Positions 1 through 10,087 of a stretch of 25,441 nt of DNA are shown here, piece after piece; position 1 is the first letter of the stretch, and every line of letters begins with the position of its first letter. The translations under genes and the position numbers were made by a program. The DNA lies in NCBI GenBank assembly GCA_905331015.1, contig CAJNXB010001701.1, positions 1 to 25,441 on the forward strand, written 5' to 3'. The notes under the pieces were generated by a model. The model was given only the letters and a program-made list of their open reading frames with translations, was not told the DNA's origin and searched no databases. This stretch comes from Rotaria socialis. Its lineage: Eukaryota.

Positions 1-1
1 A

Positions 2-298
2 CGATGGTCTCGCCATAGTAGCACAACACAAGGAGAAATTTTGATCAACAACATCTTTTGTTATGGATTATTTATGCATGATCAAAGAGATCTCTACGTT
101 TCTGACATCGGAAAACATGAAGTAAGACGATATCAAATGGGTGACAAGAATGGAATTCTCGTGGCTGGTGGAAATCGGGCAGGTTCTGGTCTAAATCAAT
201 TCAAACTGTCAGCATATCTCTTCGTCGGTCGACAACAAAATGTCTATGTGTCACACAGAGACAATAGCCGTGTGATGAAATGGGGAAAAGGTGTATAA
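2..298 (+). CDS. NHL-repeat-containing protein, C-terminal fragment (5' part outside window, possibly truncated)
   Basis: The open frame runs from the window edge: RWSRHSSTTQGEILINNIFCYGLFMHDQRDLYVSDIGKHEVRRYQMGDKNGILVAGGNRAGSGLNQFKLSAYLFVGRQQNVYVSHRDNSRVMKWGKGV*. The repeated 'LYVSD..KHEVRRY', 'VAGGN..GSGLNQ' and 'VYVS.RDN.RVMKW' motifs are typical NHL beta-propeller repeats. Frame ends in TAA after GKGV. Confidence 0.7.
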   Translation, partial: RWSRHSSTTQGEILINNIFCYGLFMHDQRDLYVSDIGKHEVRRYQMGDKNGILVAGGNRAGSGLNQFKLSAYLFVGRQQNVYVSHRDNSRVMKWGKGV

Positions 299-301
299 CA
301 A

Positions 302-349
302 GGGTGTGGATGTTCTTTTCATCAGCTCGCACAACTACACCCACACCCG
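302..349. repeat. Inverted TGTGGG-like motif pair, copy A (GGGTGTGG...CCACACCC)
   Basis: agggtgtggatgttcttttcatcagctcgcacaactacacccacaccc; arms read directly from the sequence. Confidence 0.5.
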
Positions 350-618
350 AGACCAGTGAATTTAAACAGCCGTAATGGATTTTGACGAATTCGCTATCGT
401 ACTCGTTACGGTTCGCCAAGACCCTCATACTTTAGATCCGCAATTTTGTTCTTGACGAAGCAATAGGGTTTATGTGATTAGTATAAAAAAAATTCAATGT
501 TAAGTAACCTGATCTATACATGAACAGATAGAAAGAAACTAAGATAATTGAATAAGAAAGTTATAGAATTCCATTCCAATCTTGAAAAAAAAAGTTCTTC
601 CACTAGACGAGTTGCCCC

Positions 619-641
619 ATGGGACGATTTTTTCGTCCCAT
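619..641. repeat. Short perfect hairpin ATGGGACGA-TTTTT-TCGTCCCAT
   Basis: 9 bp perfect arms read directly from sequence. Confidence 0.5.
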
Positions 642-917
642 CCCATCCCATTCCATGCGCGGCTCTGTTTGTAACTATAATAATATGAAAAAGTGAGCGG
701 AATAAAGTGGAAACACTATTTGAAATACATTTTTTTGTATACAATCGTAGATATGAGTATTACTTTTCAATAGAAGTTTCAATGTCTTTACATCGCATTT
801 TGAAATGGACGAGTTGCAAGCAATTACTCTTGTGTTCTTGTATAGTATAAACAAAAACAAATCATTTTCTTCAATTTTCTTTTATCAAGAACAATTTATA
901 ACAACAAGAAATATACA

Positions 918-2677
918 TTATAACAACGGAAAATATTGATGAAAGTTTTCTGGACGAACAAATGTTTCATCTAAATCAAGGCTTTTCAATTGATCGAAAT
1001 TAAAATACGTTGGATCAATAGTAAAATTGTTTGTTATCGTTATCAGTGATTTGTAGTTGATGGAGAGATTCAGCAAACGAGGCAGATACATATTTTGCTT
1101 CAAGAGAAATAATTTGACATAGTCAACATGTGTATATTCTAGAGTCAAATATGTCAAGATAAGGAAATCTGATTAATGCTGGTGAATGTTGAATATCTTT
1201 TTGCGGACAATTATTATCTATATATAAGAATTCAAGAAAAGGAAAGTCTTGAGAGATTAGTTGGAAAAAGTTGTGTTCAAATGGAATTCTATCATTCATT
1301 TTCAATAGTCGAACTTTTTTAAACATGCCACCTTGAAAAGAATTGTCGAGATCGACAAAATATTCAAAACCCGTACGGAAGTGAATAAATATGGCAAACA
1401 CCATCGAATGGAACTGATTGAGTATTAGCGTATGAAGTTACTCGTGGATATCTTCTTCCAATGAAACTACGTTGAATATCTTCGTTTGTTGGAAGTTCAA
1501 ATCTAACGGTCTGAAACGAGACCTCTGTCTTAATATAAAATGTAAATTTCTTTAATTGTGTCATATAAATAAGAAATTGATCATATAATTGATAGCCATC
1601 GATATAAGTCGAATCCATTCTTCTTACTAATAGATACAATTTTAATTCTTCAAGATTTATCATTCGACAAAGTAATGGAACAATTAGATTATCATACTCA
1701 TATGTATGACCAAACGAGGTAAACGAAAAGCATTTCAAATTTGGTAGTTTTTTCTAAGAAAATAAAATTAAGAATATTTATTTACTCACTTCCTTTTCTA
1801 TGTTTGTTTTCTCTAAATATGACCATTGAACTTATACTTACTGTTGGATCTATAGCTTCTAATATATCTGGATGATAAATACATAATACATTGATAATTA
1901 ATGTTGATAAACAAACAAGAGGCCCATCAAGCAAACAAAGACAATCAGTTAAACTTGGGACATTGATTTTTAATTTGGTTAAAGCAGAAGGCGTATAATT
2001 TCCACGTAGCATATAAAGAGTTTGAATCACACGCTTTCGTGTAGGAAACATATCACAAAAATTCAAAACGGTCAAGTTTTTACATAAAGATAAAATTAAT
2101 TCAAAAATCTTTGAAACAGTTATTGAGCTTTGTTCTCTTGTTTTTTTTCATATCAATATTAAGATGTCTTATTTGTTTAGCAAGAAGATCACGAAGAATC
2201 AAATTATCTTTAAATTGAAATAAAAACAAAGATGATTGGCAAGTTTTTATTATACTGAACAAAATAAAATACTACACCTATTAAATATTCATAAAGCGTT
2301 TCTGCTTGAAAATTTATAAGTGACAGCGAATATAGTGGAGGATAATTTGAAGCAAGAAGAATTTGTTTCATTGAATATTCTTCAACGGTGAGTTTATGCA
2401 CGTGTGAATGAATTCCAGGTATGATTTTTTTACAGATCCTTGAAAGAACTTTAGGATCTATTAAAGAAGTTTGATCATACGACGAGTTGATGTTCATAAT
2501 TGTTCTCATATTAAGATGATGAATATAAAGAGAATCAAATACTAATCGGTTAAATCGTTGATTTACATTCACAAGCGAGTAAAAAACATCGACCATATTA
2601 AGTTTTTCAATAATGAGACATAAAATTTCATCGGGTAAATCAAGTATATTGAGACGATTGTTATTTAAATTGCTCAT
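918..2677 (-). CDS. F-box/LRR-like protein of a bdelloid-type multigene family; frame broken about three times (possible pseudogene)
   Basis: N-terminus MSNLNNNRLNILDLPDEILCLIIEKLNMVDVFYSLVNVNQRFNRLVFDSL is an F-box. Collinear downstream blocks are NLTVLNFCDMFPTRKRVIQTLY, KKLPNLKCFSFTSFGHTYEYDNLIVPLLCRMINLEELKLYL, NSFQGGMFKKVRLLKMNDRIPFEHNFFQLISQDFPFLEFLYI and LTLEYTHVDYVKLFLLKQNMYLPRLLNLSINYKSL...FVRPENFHQYFPLL. Inferred exons are 2677-2278, 2207-1842 and 1753-918, with GT-AG introns (GTGTAG...AAAG, 70 bp; GTAAGT...TTAG, 88 bp). Frame breaks at ~2100-2112, 1366-1369 and ~1157. Confidence 0.7.
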
Positions 2678-2709
2678 GTCTAACTCATACAATATTTTCA
2701 TAGCAATCA

Positions 2710-2870
2710 TATATATGTTGTAGTGGAAATTAAAATTCAGTAGAATTTAAAATCCTACTAGTAGAAATTGAAATTTTAGTTTCTACTATAGGTAAAATTC
2801 AGTAGAATTTCAATTTCTACTAGTAGAATTTTAAATTCTACTGAATTTTAATTTCTACTGCGACATATAT
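2710..2870. mobile_element. Foldback MITE (near-complete palindrome)
   Basis: Left arm GTTGTAGTGGAAATTAAAATTCAGTAGAATTTAAAATCCTACTAGTAGAAATTGAAATT. Reverse complement of the right arm GTCGCAGTAGAAATTAAAATTCAGTAGAATTTAAAATTCTACTAGTAGAAATTGAAATT. A short centre lies between them, with AT-dinucleotide flanks on both sides. Confidence 0.8.
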
Positions 2871-4128
2871 ATACATGTCAGCATTTTCTGACTTTCGCCT
2901 ATAAGAATAATAACGAACAAATATTCGATGCCGTCATGTTGTTCTATGATGAGCGTAAGAAACAGACGAGACTAATTGAAAGGAACTAACCAATAGAATT
3001 AGCATTTCTAGATTAAAAACAAATGACCTATATTTCTTAATTCACTGTAAATTAGTTCAATCCGTTTGATCGTCGAATAGATGATGATATTTTTCATTCT
3101 GTCTAATATTTTCTGTTAGCGTTTGCATAAACTCTCAAGGATCTAATTCAATCAAAATTTATCATTGATTTTATGTAATTAAACTGAAAAAAATCAATAT
3201 TATAAAAATATAAGAAGCATAGGATGTAATTGGCTTGATCAAAATCGAGAAATTTGTGGAAATCGAAATTGAAAATGTTTCGATGGATAGAAAATGTGAG
3301 ATAAAGGGTTGCACTAGTTATATATTCTATTGATTCTGAATATAATTGTTTTAGGTAGAATATTAATAACAAGATAATTAAGAAAAATGTGACATATTTT
3401 GCTATTTGCTAATTCAATAAATCAAAAAACGAATTAGGTTAAAGATTTTATTTTTGCGCTCGAATATTTTGAAATAGTTTTGTATCGTTAAAAATTGTGA
3501 TCGAAAGTTTGACTTGAAGAGAAGTAGTTTACAATTAAGATAAAAAATAACTTGATATTGCATATATGAAATGCAAGTATTGATATTATTTTGAAATTCT
3601 GTTCGAATACGATGAGAAATTATCGTTTATTATTTTTTTTAATTGAAGTTAGATTTAAAAGATGAGGGATACATTGAGAATGAAAAATATTGTTTTCATG
3701 GTTGTTTAAACAATTCTGAAACAAGGGTTTTTCATTGTAAATGTAATTTTACAGCATCATCTAGTGTCTTATAGATTAGAGACGTGCATGACCAAAAAAA
3801 TAAAACTTCATCAAAACCGGGACCAAATTATAAAACTTAATCGGACGCATTCTTAGTGAAATATGTTATAAATCGTGCCAATCAAAACAAACTTCAAAAG
3901 AGACGACCAAAAACCGACATTCGTCGACTGAATTAACGAAAAAAATTAGTATTTAAGCTTTTTTTATATTTAATGTGAGTAAATTCTGAAACAGTTCTCT
4001 CTACATCTAGATTGAGATAGAGACCAGGATCAAATGATAAAACTTACTGGAACCGCGACTAAAAACTTGGTCTCGGACATCTCCAATATGAACTCACTCT
4101 ACTAGCTCTTAGATGATTTCATGTAAAG

Positions 4129-4172
4129 GTGTGGGTGTGGGTCTTATCACCCACCCACAGCGACACCCATAG
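4129..4172. repeat. Inverted TGTGGG-like motif pair, copy B
   Basis: ggtgtgggtgtgggtcttatcacccacccacagcgacaccc; a further C/A-rich tract (ccacacacccccaccgaaacccccaccc) follows at ~4195-4223. Confidence 0.5.
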
Positions 4173-4345
4173 CTGTGGCTAAACTCACACTCATTCCACA
4201 CACCCCCACCGAAACCCCCACCCAGGCCGTGACAGACAGGTTTTGGAGGCAGCAATGAATGCGGTCCATTTTATGAAACACGATTTGAAAGGAGTGTTGA
4301 AGTATATAGGGTAGAAATTTGGACCCTTCCTCCGCTCTCCCCCCA

Positions 4346-4389
4346 CAGACTGGGACAGAGAAACTAATTAATTTCTTTGTCCCGGTCTG
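4346..4389. repeat. Hairpin CAGACTGGGACAGAGAAA-CTAATTAA-TTTCTTTGTCCCGGTCTG
   Basis: 18 nt arms with two positions that would be G-U wobbles in RNA; read directly. Confidence 0.65.
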
Positions 4390-4463
4390 TGATGGTCTCT
4401 GAAATCTCTGTCACGGTCTGTGATGGCCTCTACCAGAGATCAAAACGAATGGCAAAAATGCGA

Positions 4464-4537
4464 TTCGATTCGACTAAAAACACGAAAAAAAACCAATTCG
4501 ATTCGATTCGATTCGACTCAAATTGGGTTTACAAAAC
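4464..4537. repeat. (ATTCG)n pentanucleotide microsatellite-like tracts; a related tract at ~5280-5316
   Basis: gcgattcgattcgac...caattcgattcgattcgattcgactc; second tract aatcgattcgattcgac...cattcgattcgattt. Confidence 0.7.
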
Positions 4538-4841
4538 ATGGTATTCACTATTACATATTATTGTTGTTTTCAGACTGTCATCGTCTTAGAATGAGAATAG
4601 TCTGTCGATCTTCTATAGAAATATGTTGAATAAATATAATTTATGAAGATATACATAAGAATTATTCATTTTTTTCAAGAAAGAACACATAAAATATAAA
4701 TTAATGAACACATCTAAGTAGACTAATTAAATAAGTTTACTCTCTATAGAACGAAGAAAAATAATATCATTTACTGTACGTGGATCTATATTTACAGTTG
4801 ACTGTAGGCATATTTAATAAATAAAGAGGTTGATATCAAGA

Positions 4842-5005
4842 CCCCAATCGCACTGGAATTGTGAATAAAGTTAAAGTCTTATTCAGTAATCTAATTGATA
4901 CAGTAAGAGTTAAAATCACCTCTAAAGTATTACTTAATTCTTAATGCACCAATCACATGGCTTAATTAAACTATAATGCTAATTTATTTCTCAGTGTGAT
5001 TGGGG
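4842..5005. mobile_element. MITE-like element with 14 bp TIRs (CCCCAATCGCACTG / CAGTGTGATTGGGG)
   Basis: Left end ccccaatcgcactg at 4842-4855; right end cagtgtgattgggg at 4992-5005 is its reverse complement with one mismatch; 164 bp AT-rich, no ORF. Confidence 0.6.
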
Positions 5006-5430
5006 CCTAAATTGACTAACGAAAAAAAAAAGAAGGAAAGAAAGAACGTCCGTTGTACATGGGCATTTCTTACACCAATTAAAGTGCACTTAACCACGAT
5101 AGCGCTATCTAAGAGAACAGTAATGACCATTAAATGAACACGATTGTCAGAAATCAAGAGAAACAGCGGACGTCATTTTTCATTGGTCATCTCTTATACT
5201 AGTCAACTGCTCTCAACCATATCACTGTAGAACAAAGAAAATGATTTTGAATAACCGAATGAAACTGAAAAAAAAATGAATCGATTCGATTCGACCTCTT
5301 TTCTAGAACTATCATTCGATTCGATTTCGGTCTCTGGTCTCTACCGACTCCATAGATCAAAATACAGACAGTGGCAGAAAAGCTACAAAGACTCACAGGC
5401 CGTGGTAGACAGGTTTTAGCAAAGGTGCTC

Positions 5431-5482
5431 CATCGTATTTCACATTTTAATCCCACAGAGATTGCGCTAACAGCTTTTTTTT
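5431..5482 (+). repeat. Direct repeat unit 1 (pair with 5638-5690)
   Basis: catcgtatttcacattttaatcccacagagattgcgctaacagctttttt, compared with catcgtgcttcacattttttatcccaaagggattgcgctaacagctttttttt. Confidence 0.7.
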
Positions 5483-5637
5483 ATACAGAATTAGTGAATA
5501 TATGTCACTAATACTGTATGAAGGTACATCAGATGTTTTTTTATGCTATGTTTAGTAGTGAGGTAAAATATGATGAGTCAACGAGTATCGAGGTTCATGT
5601 ATGAAAGGAAAATTTACATGAATGCTGAGAGCAGCTT

Positions 5638-5690
5638 CATCGTGCTTCACATTTTTTATCCCAAAGGGATTGCGCTAACAGCTTTTTTTT
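5638..5690 (+). repeat. Direct repeat unit 2 (pair with 5431-5482)
   Basis: See unit 1; same orientation, ~207 bp apart. Confidence 0.7.
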
Positions 5691-6057
5691 TGGCATGCGT
5701 ATCAGATACTTCAGAAGCTGGAGTAAGAAAGTCCTGCGCTATGGGCAAGTCATACGGACTGCGCAGGTGAAGAGCATGACAAGAAAAGTTCGCCTACGGG
5801 CGTTCTTTCCAGGTTCTTGTTTTTTCTTGAACCTCCGACTAGATTCCGCTCGAGAGAACGAAAAGAATCTTGCCTAACGGTATTGTTATCAGCCCACCAG
5901 ACAAGAATCTGAAAAGAACAAATCCAAGAACGGTGAATAGTGGCTGTTTTAATGAGAATATGAGATATGAAAAATAAAAAATCCAATAATGAAGTTTTCG
6001 TGTAGCGTTTTTATTTGAAAATCTAATTAGAATTCATGATTAAGAATAATTTTTATG

Positions 6058-9030
6058 TCAATACATGAATATTATAGCTGATACCATTATGATCGTGTAA
6101 AAAATCATTTTATCATTGAATGCGAGCTGCATTCCCATATTAATAACGTGGTCGTTTTGTACTAATTCTGCATATTCTTTCCATTCATTCAAGTTTGTTT
6201 GAAAATCTTGATGTAATTCACTCATTGTTTGATCATTTGTTACCAAAATATCATAGACGCATTGTTCGTTGGCTTTACTCGCGACTATTTTTTGACAATT
6301 CTGTTTAGCTCTTTCTAATCGAGTGGTATTTTGGAACCGTTGTACTAATTCTTCGCGAAATATTGGCCGATAGTGAAGATTCTGTTGTGCGTGATAGTTT
6401 TCTCCAGCTATGTACGCGAAGAGTGTTGTTTCAGGTGTAACACGCCATGATTGGCCAAAAATAAATTGACGTTCTTCACTTTGTTGTTCTGTTGACGATA
6501 AAATTGTTTGACCATCTTGAAAAATAAAATCATTCGTTTTATCACCATCCATGTTTCCGAGAAGACCTTGGCAATGGCCTTCGTATAGTTTGGGTAGAAT
6601 AGTGACTATATTCAAAAAGTCATATTGTTCTCGTATTTTAATTATTAATTGAACATTATTTGAATAAGTTATCTTGAATATTGTTCGATTTGTTTGTGTT
6701 ATTGACATTTGATTATTATCAAAATGAATTGTTCGACTCATTGCCATAAGCATTTGGTAAATTTCACTATTATAATCGTCATTGTTACTTGGACGCAGGA
6801 AAGCGTCACTGTCAAGTGTGTGATTATTTAATCGAAGTTCAAGTAATTTCAATTGATCGAACAGTTCAAACTGAACTTTCGAATAGTTACCATTTTTAAT
6901 AACAAATGCAACGATAGCTGTTGCTTGATTATCTTCTGAATCAGATTTAACAGATTTTGTGCGAATTTGAATTTCCAATGATGTAGATATTGGAAGAGTA
7001 TGAGTACGAAGCAAAACATATTCACCATAACCGTTAAATGTATAATCGATACCGTCCAATGTTGTAAAATGTGGATCACCGTTGCCACCACTCGGTACTG
7101 GAAGAGGAACATTTTCACATTCAAATGATGGCCGTTGTTGATGAAATTTATTACATGATTCAGGTCTTATTTGTGTAATCATTTGTGGAAGCTTACAGCA
7201 AGCCCAGGATAGCCACTGGTCAAAAACTACATGTTTGATTCGTTGAATTATTGAACCACCGGAATTTGCTTGCAATTCTAAACCACCGCCACCCGATTCT
7301 GGTCTACTTATAATCATGCCATTAGTATTATAGCAACACTTGACTCCAGGACCCGTAGGGTTAAATGAGCGACGATAGCAGTGCGAAGCACCAGTGCTAC
7401 TTTGGCATGTATTTTGTTTGTGCGCGTTGCAAAATGAATCCGTTTGAAAATTATTAAACGTTAATGGAAAGCGATTTTGACCGGTAGCGGGTACACGACA
7501 TGGACACTGAGGGACTTGAGATTGATATGTGGATGGTGGCGGCAGTTGTGGCAACTGTGCTTCCCATTTTGCACAAAAAGTTCGTGTTTGTTTTACGGCG
7601 ATAGCTGTCCATGTAACTGCTCGATAGAGCCATGCAAGTGGCATTGGTATGACCGTTGACATTGATATAATTTTAAAGGTTAGCTTTAAGAGCTGCACTT
7701 GAAGATCCCCCATGTTATCTTGAGTCTTAGCAAGTTCAAAAATATCTCTGTAACGTATCGTCAATGTTGCCAACGACGACAAATTAACTGATTGATAGAG
7801 AACGCGTTGGCGAGGAACAATACTCACTAGTTCATAGTTTTCTGTGAAGATTGTATCATAATAATGTAATTCAATAGTGAACATATTATTATTCGTGACA
7901 AAATCCTTTTTAAATTGAAGTATGATTGAATCATTTTGTCCCATTTCAATGAATGAATCATATGTGTTTGAGCTTTGAATAAGCAGTTCTGAATTATCTT
8001 CTGGGATATCGACAAAAAAATCTGTAGTTGCAATAAGTTCATTTCTAATTGTGCTAACTTGAATTTGTAGTGTAGGACCATTATAAACCATTGGCACCAT
8101 ACATGTGATATAGGTGGGGGTGATGATACAGCCGGTCAATATTTGCTGATCTAGTTTAACAATGTAGTTTGTTTCGTTGAAACAAATACCATATAATCTT
8201 ATTTCATAGCCACCGTCCGGCGAACCACGAAATGGTGCCACTTGCAATCCATCAGGTGTATTACATTCAACATCGTTAATGTCACCACCAATTGAAAATA
8301 TAAATCGACCAGGAAATTGAACATTTGAATCGCCGACAATTTGAACGATTTGCGGTGTAAATGATTTGTTAATAAGAAAATAGTTTTTTAAATCACCAGC
8401 ATTGAATCCAGCCTGGGCATGAACACTACTTGAAGCTGATCCAACCGTCCATTGCAGTTTATCATAGTTGTAAATAGCAAACGAATTGATGCCGTTGGTT
8501 GTTATAATTGCTTGAAATGTATTACGAAAATTAGCGGAAAGTCCATAGCCGGGTACCTCGTACCATGTAACAACATAGGCCCAGATGAATCGATGTGTCG
8601 CTTGAGCGGGGAACGCATTAGCCACAATACGATCGAGTTCTCTGAGCGTTGCCTGGTCTGTTATTTGACGATAGAAAATATTACTGAGTAAATCATTCCT
8701 TGTTAACACATCAGCCCAAAATGGTGCAACACAAACGATCTCATCAACAGGAAAACGTCTTGGCGTATAGCTCACACTTTGATATGATTGATTGCCAAAC
8801 AATATCATACCATTGATTTGAATTTTGATTTCATCGTATTTTCCATTGAAAAATGGAAAACGTATTGGAATGCGGATTGACGATGAGATCTGATCATCAC
8901 CACGTTCCAATACAGCATCACCTTGTATAACACCGAATGGAATCAATTTTGTTTGTACTATGGAACTTGTCGTAGCTTGACAGTGTACAGTCGTGAAAAA
9001 CAGTAAAACAGTTAAAACCAGTTGCTTCAT
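6058..9030 (-). CDS. Secreted/surface NIDO-AMOP-VWD domain protein (Mesh / MUC4 / SUSD2-like architecture), intact and intronless, 990 aa
   Basis: Signal peptide MKQLVLTVLLFFTTVHCQ. NIDO-like N-terminal region (IRIPIRFPFFNGKYDEIKIQINGMILFG...AYVVTWYEVPGY...NTFQAIITTNG). Cys-rich AMOP-like region (TFCAKWEAQLPQLPPPSTYQSQVPQCPC...CCYNTNG...WLSWACCK). VWD start NGDPHFTTLDGIDYTFNGYGEYVLLRT and CQGLLGNMDGDKTNDF. Hydrophobic C-terminus (MIFYTIIMVSAIIFMY), consistent with a TM or GPI signal. Confidence 0.9.
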   Translation of the reverse strand: MKQLVLTVLLFFTTVHCQATTSSIVQTKLIPFGVIQGDAVLERGDDQISSSIRIPIRFPFFNGKYDEIKIQINGMILFGNQSYQSVSYTPRRFPVDEIVCVAPFWADVLTRNDLLSNIFYRQITDQATLRELDRIVANAFPAQATHRFIWAYVVTWYEVPGYGLSANFRNTFQAIITTNGINSFAIYNYDKLQWTVGSASSSVHAQAGFNAGDLKNYFLINKSFTPQIVQIVGDSNVQFPGRFIFSIGGDINDVECNTPDGLQVAPFRGSPDGGYEIRLYGICFNETNYIVKLDQQILTGCIITPTYITCMVPMVYNGPTLQIQVSTIRNELIATTDFFVDIPEDNSELLIQSSNTYDSFIEMGQNDSIILQFKKDFVTNNNMFTIELHYYDTIFTENYELVSIVPRQRVLYQSVNLSSLATLTIRYRDIFELAKTQDNMGDLQVQLLKLTFKIISMSTVIPMPLAWLYRAVTWTAIAVKQTRTFCAKWEAQLPQLPPPSTYQSQVPQCPCRVPATGQNRFPLTFNNFQTDSFCNAHKQNTCQSSTGASHCYRRSFNPTGPGVKCCYNTNGMIISRPESGGGGLELQANSGGSIIQRIKHVVFDQWLSWACCKLPQMITQIRPESCNKFHQQRPSFECENVPLPVPSGGNGDPHFTTLDGIDYTFNGYGEYVLLRTHTLPISTSLEIQIRTKSVKSDSEDNQATAIVAFVIKNGNYSKVQFELFDQLKLLELRLNNHTLDSDAFLRPSNNDDYNSEIYQMLMAMSRTIHFDNNQMSITQTNRTIFKITYSNNVQLIIKIREQYDFLNIVTILPKLYEGHCQGLLGNMDGDKTNDFIFQDGQTILSSTEQQSEERQFIFGQSWRVTPETTLFAYIAGENYHAQQNLHYRPIFREELVQRFQNTTRLERAKQNCQKIVASKANEQCVYDILVTNDQTMSELHQDFQTNLNEWKEYAELVQNDHVINMGMQLAFNDKMIFYTIIMVSAIIFMY

Positions 9031-9076
9031 TTTCTTTCAACAACAAAAAGAAACGGTTTCTTGAATTATTTGAACT

Positions 9077-9084
9077 CTTTTATA
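9077..9084 (-). promoter_or_regulatory. Candidate TATA box (TATAAAAG on the minus strand) for the 6058-9030 gene
   Basis: plus-strand cttttata; ~47 bp upstream of the ATG at 9030; implies a very short 5' UTR if used. Confidence 0.45.
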
Positions 9085-9542
9085 CGTGAATTACGATGAA
9101 AGATTTATTATCTGTTTACCAACATCATTAAAGTAACAAGATGGCTTATCGCTTATATTTTCTCAAGTAAGTATTTTGCATATCAAGTATTCGCGAAAAA
9201 AAACATTTTCATGAATGCGATGTGGGTGGAGGTTGAATGTGAATAAATATACTCATATCAGTTACATTTATCATCGTCAGATAAACAATCACAACGGTAA
9301 CGATGAAACCTTCATATTTCCTTTACTGAAATGAGGGTCTTACGAGCATATCAACTGGTTTGAAATTTTCGACTTCGTGCAGAGTTGATAGAAATTACAC
9401 CATTCAAAAGAACTGAAAAAACTAAACAAGAGTATCAAATTTTCTCGGAGGGGTATGTCCAAGACCCCAGCAAAATATTTTAAAAATAGATTTTTCAGCA
9501 GAAAAGAATTCTGAGTTATTTGCCATTTGTCTTTGAAAAACG

Positions 9543-9562
9543 ATATATATATATATATATAT
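9543..9562. repeat. (AT)n microsatellite
   Basis: cgatatatatatatatatatatt. Confidence 0.8.
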
Positions 9563-10020
9563 TATGTTGGTTTCGAACGACTTAAAGTATAAAGAAAAAA
9601 TCTGATCAAATTAACCCAAAAATATTTATATTGACAGAGTAATCAGTGGATTTAGTGTGCCTGGCATATCGATTTCTTTGAAAGCTCTTTATTCATTTGC
9701 AATAGAATTGAAACAACGCGATTTTAAATAGTACATAACGTGGATCAATGTGCATAGCTTATTTCACAATATACTCAAGTTCAAATGAAAATTGCTTTAA
9801 AATTTCTCAGAAAAAAAGAACAAAAATTTTTCTATTTTCTTACTCGTTTCTTTTTAAACCTAGTTAGGAAATGTATACCTAGGCAATAGCTCTATCTTTC
9901 TTCTCATGTTAGGTGTATTACAAATCATAATGGTAGCTATCGACAAGTTGGAAGAAGTGATAAGGTAATGTCATGGCTGTTCTCTTGATTATCAAATATC
10001 TTCTTCATTATCCCTTTATA

Positions 10021-10087
10021 GGATGTGGATGTGGCTGCGACTGTACGTATCGTGCATGTTCACCTACCGGCGAACCCACCCACACCC
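10021..10087. repeat. Inverted TGTGGG-like motif pair, copy C (GGATGTGGATGTGG ... AACCCACCCACACCC)
   Basis: Read directly; located immediately 3' of the receptor gene's stop region. Confidence 0.45.

Noticed and set aside
3770-4110. Possible ~340-bp element between gagacgtgcatgacc and ggtctcggacatctcc (weak inverted similarity)
   Set aside because: Only about 11 of 15 positions match and no clean duplication is visible; too weak to call without a genomic copy.
4377-4629. ORFs in the GTCTGTG/ATTCG repeat region
   Set aside because: Translation reflects simple repeats (RFDSTKKNTKKNQFDSIRFDSN), no domain signal.
5750-5986. 78-aa minus ORF (MDFLFFISHILIKTATIHRSW...)
   Set aside because: Short, no recognisable domain, adjacent to repeats.
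8452-8691. Plus-strand ORF overlapping the 990-aa gene (with others at 7477-7659, 6849-7124, 7827-8081)
   Set aside because: Shadow ORFs on the opposite strand or other frame of a strong coding gene; composition is explained by that gene.
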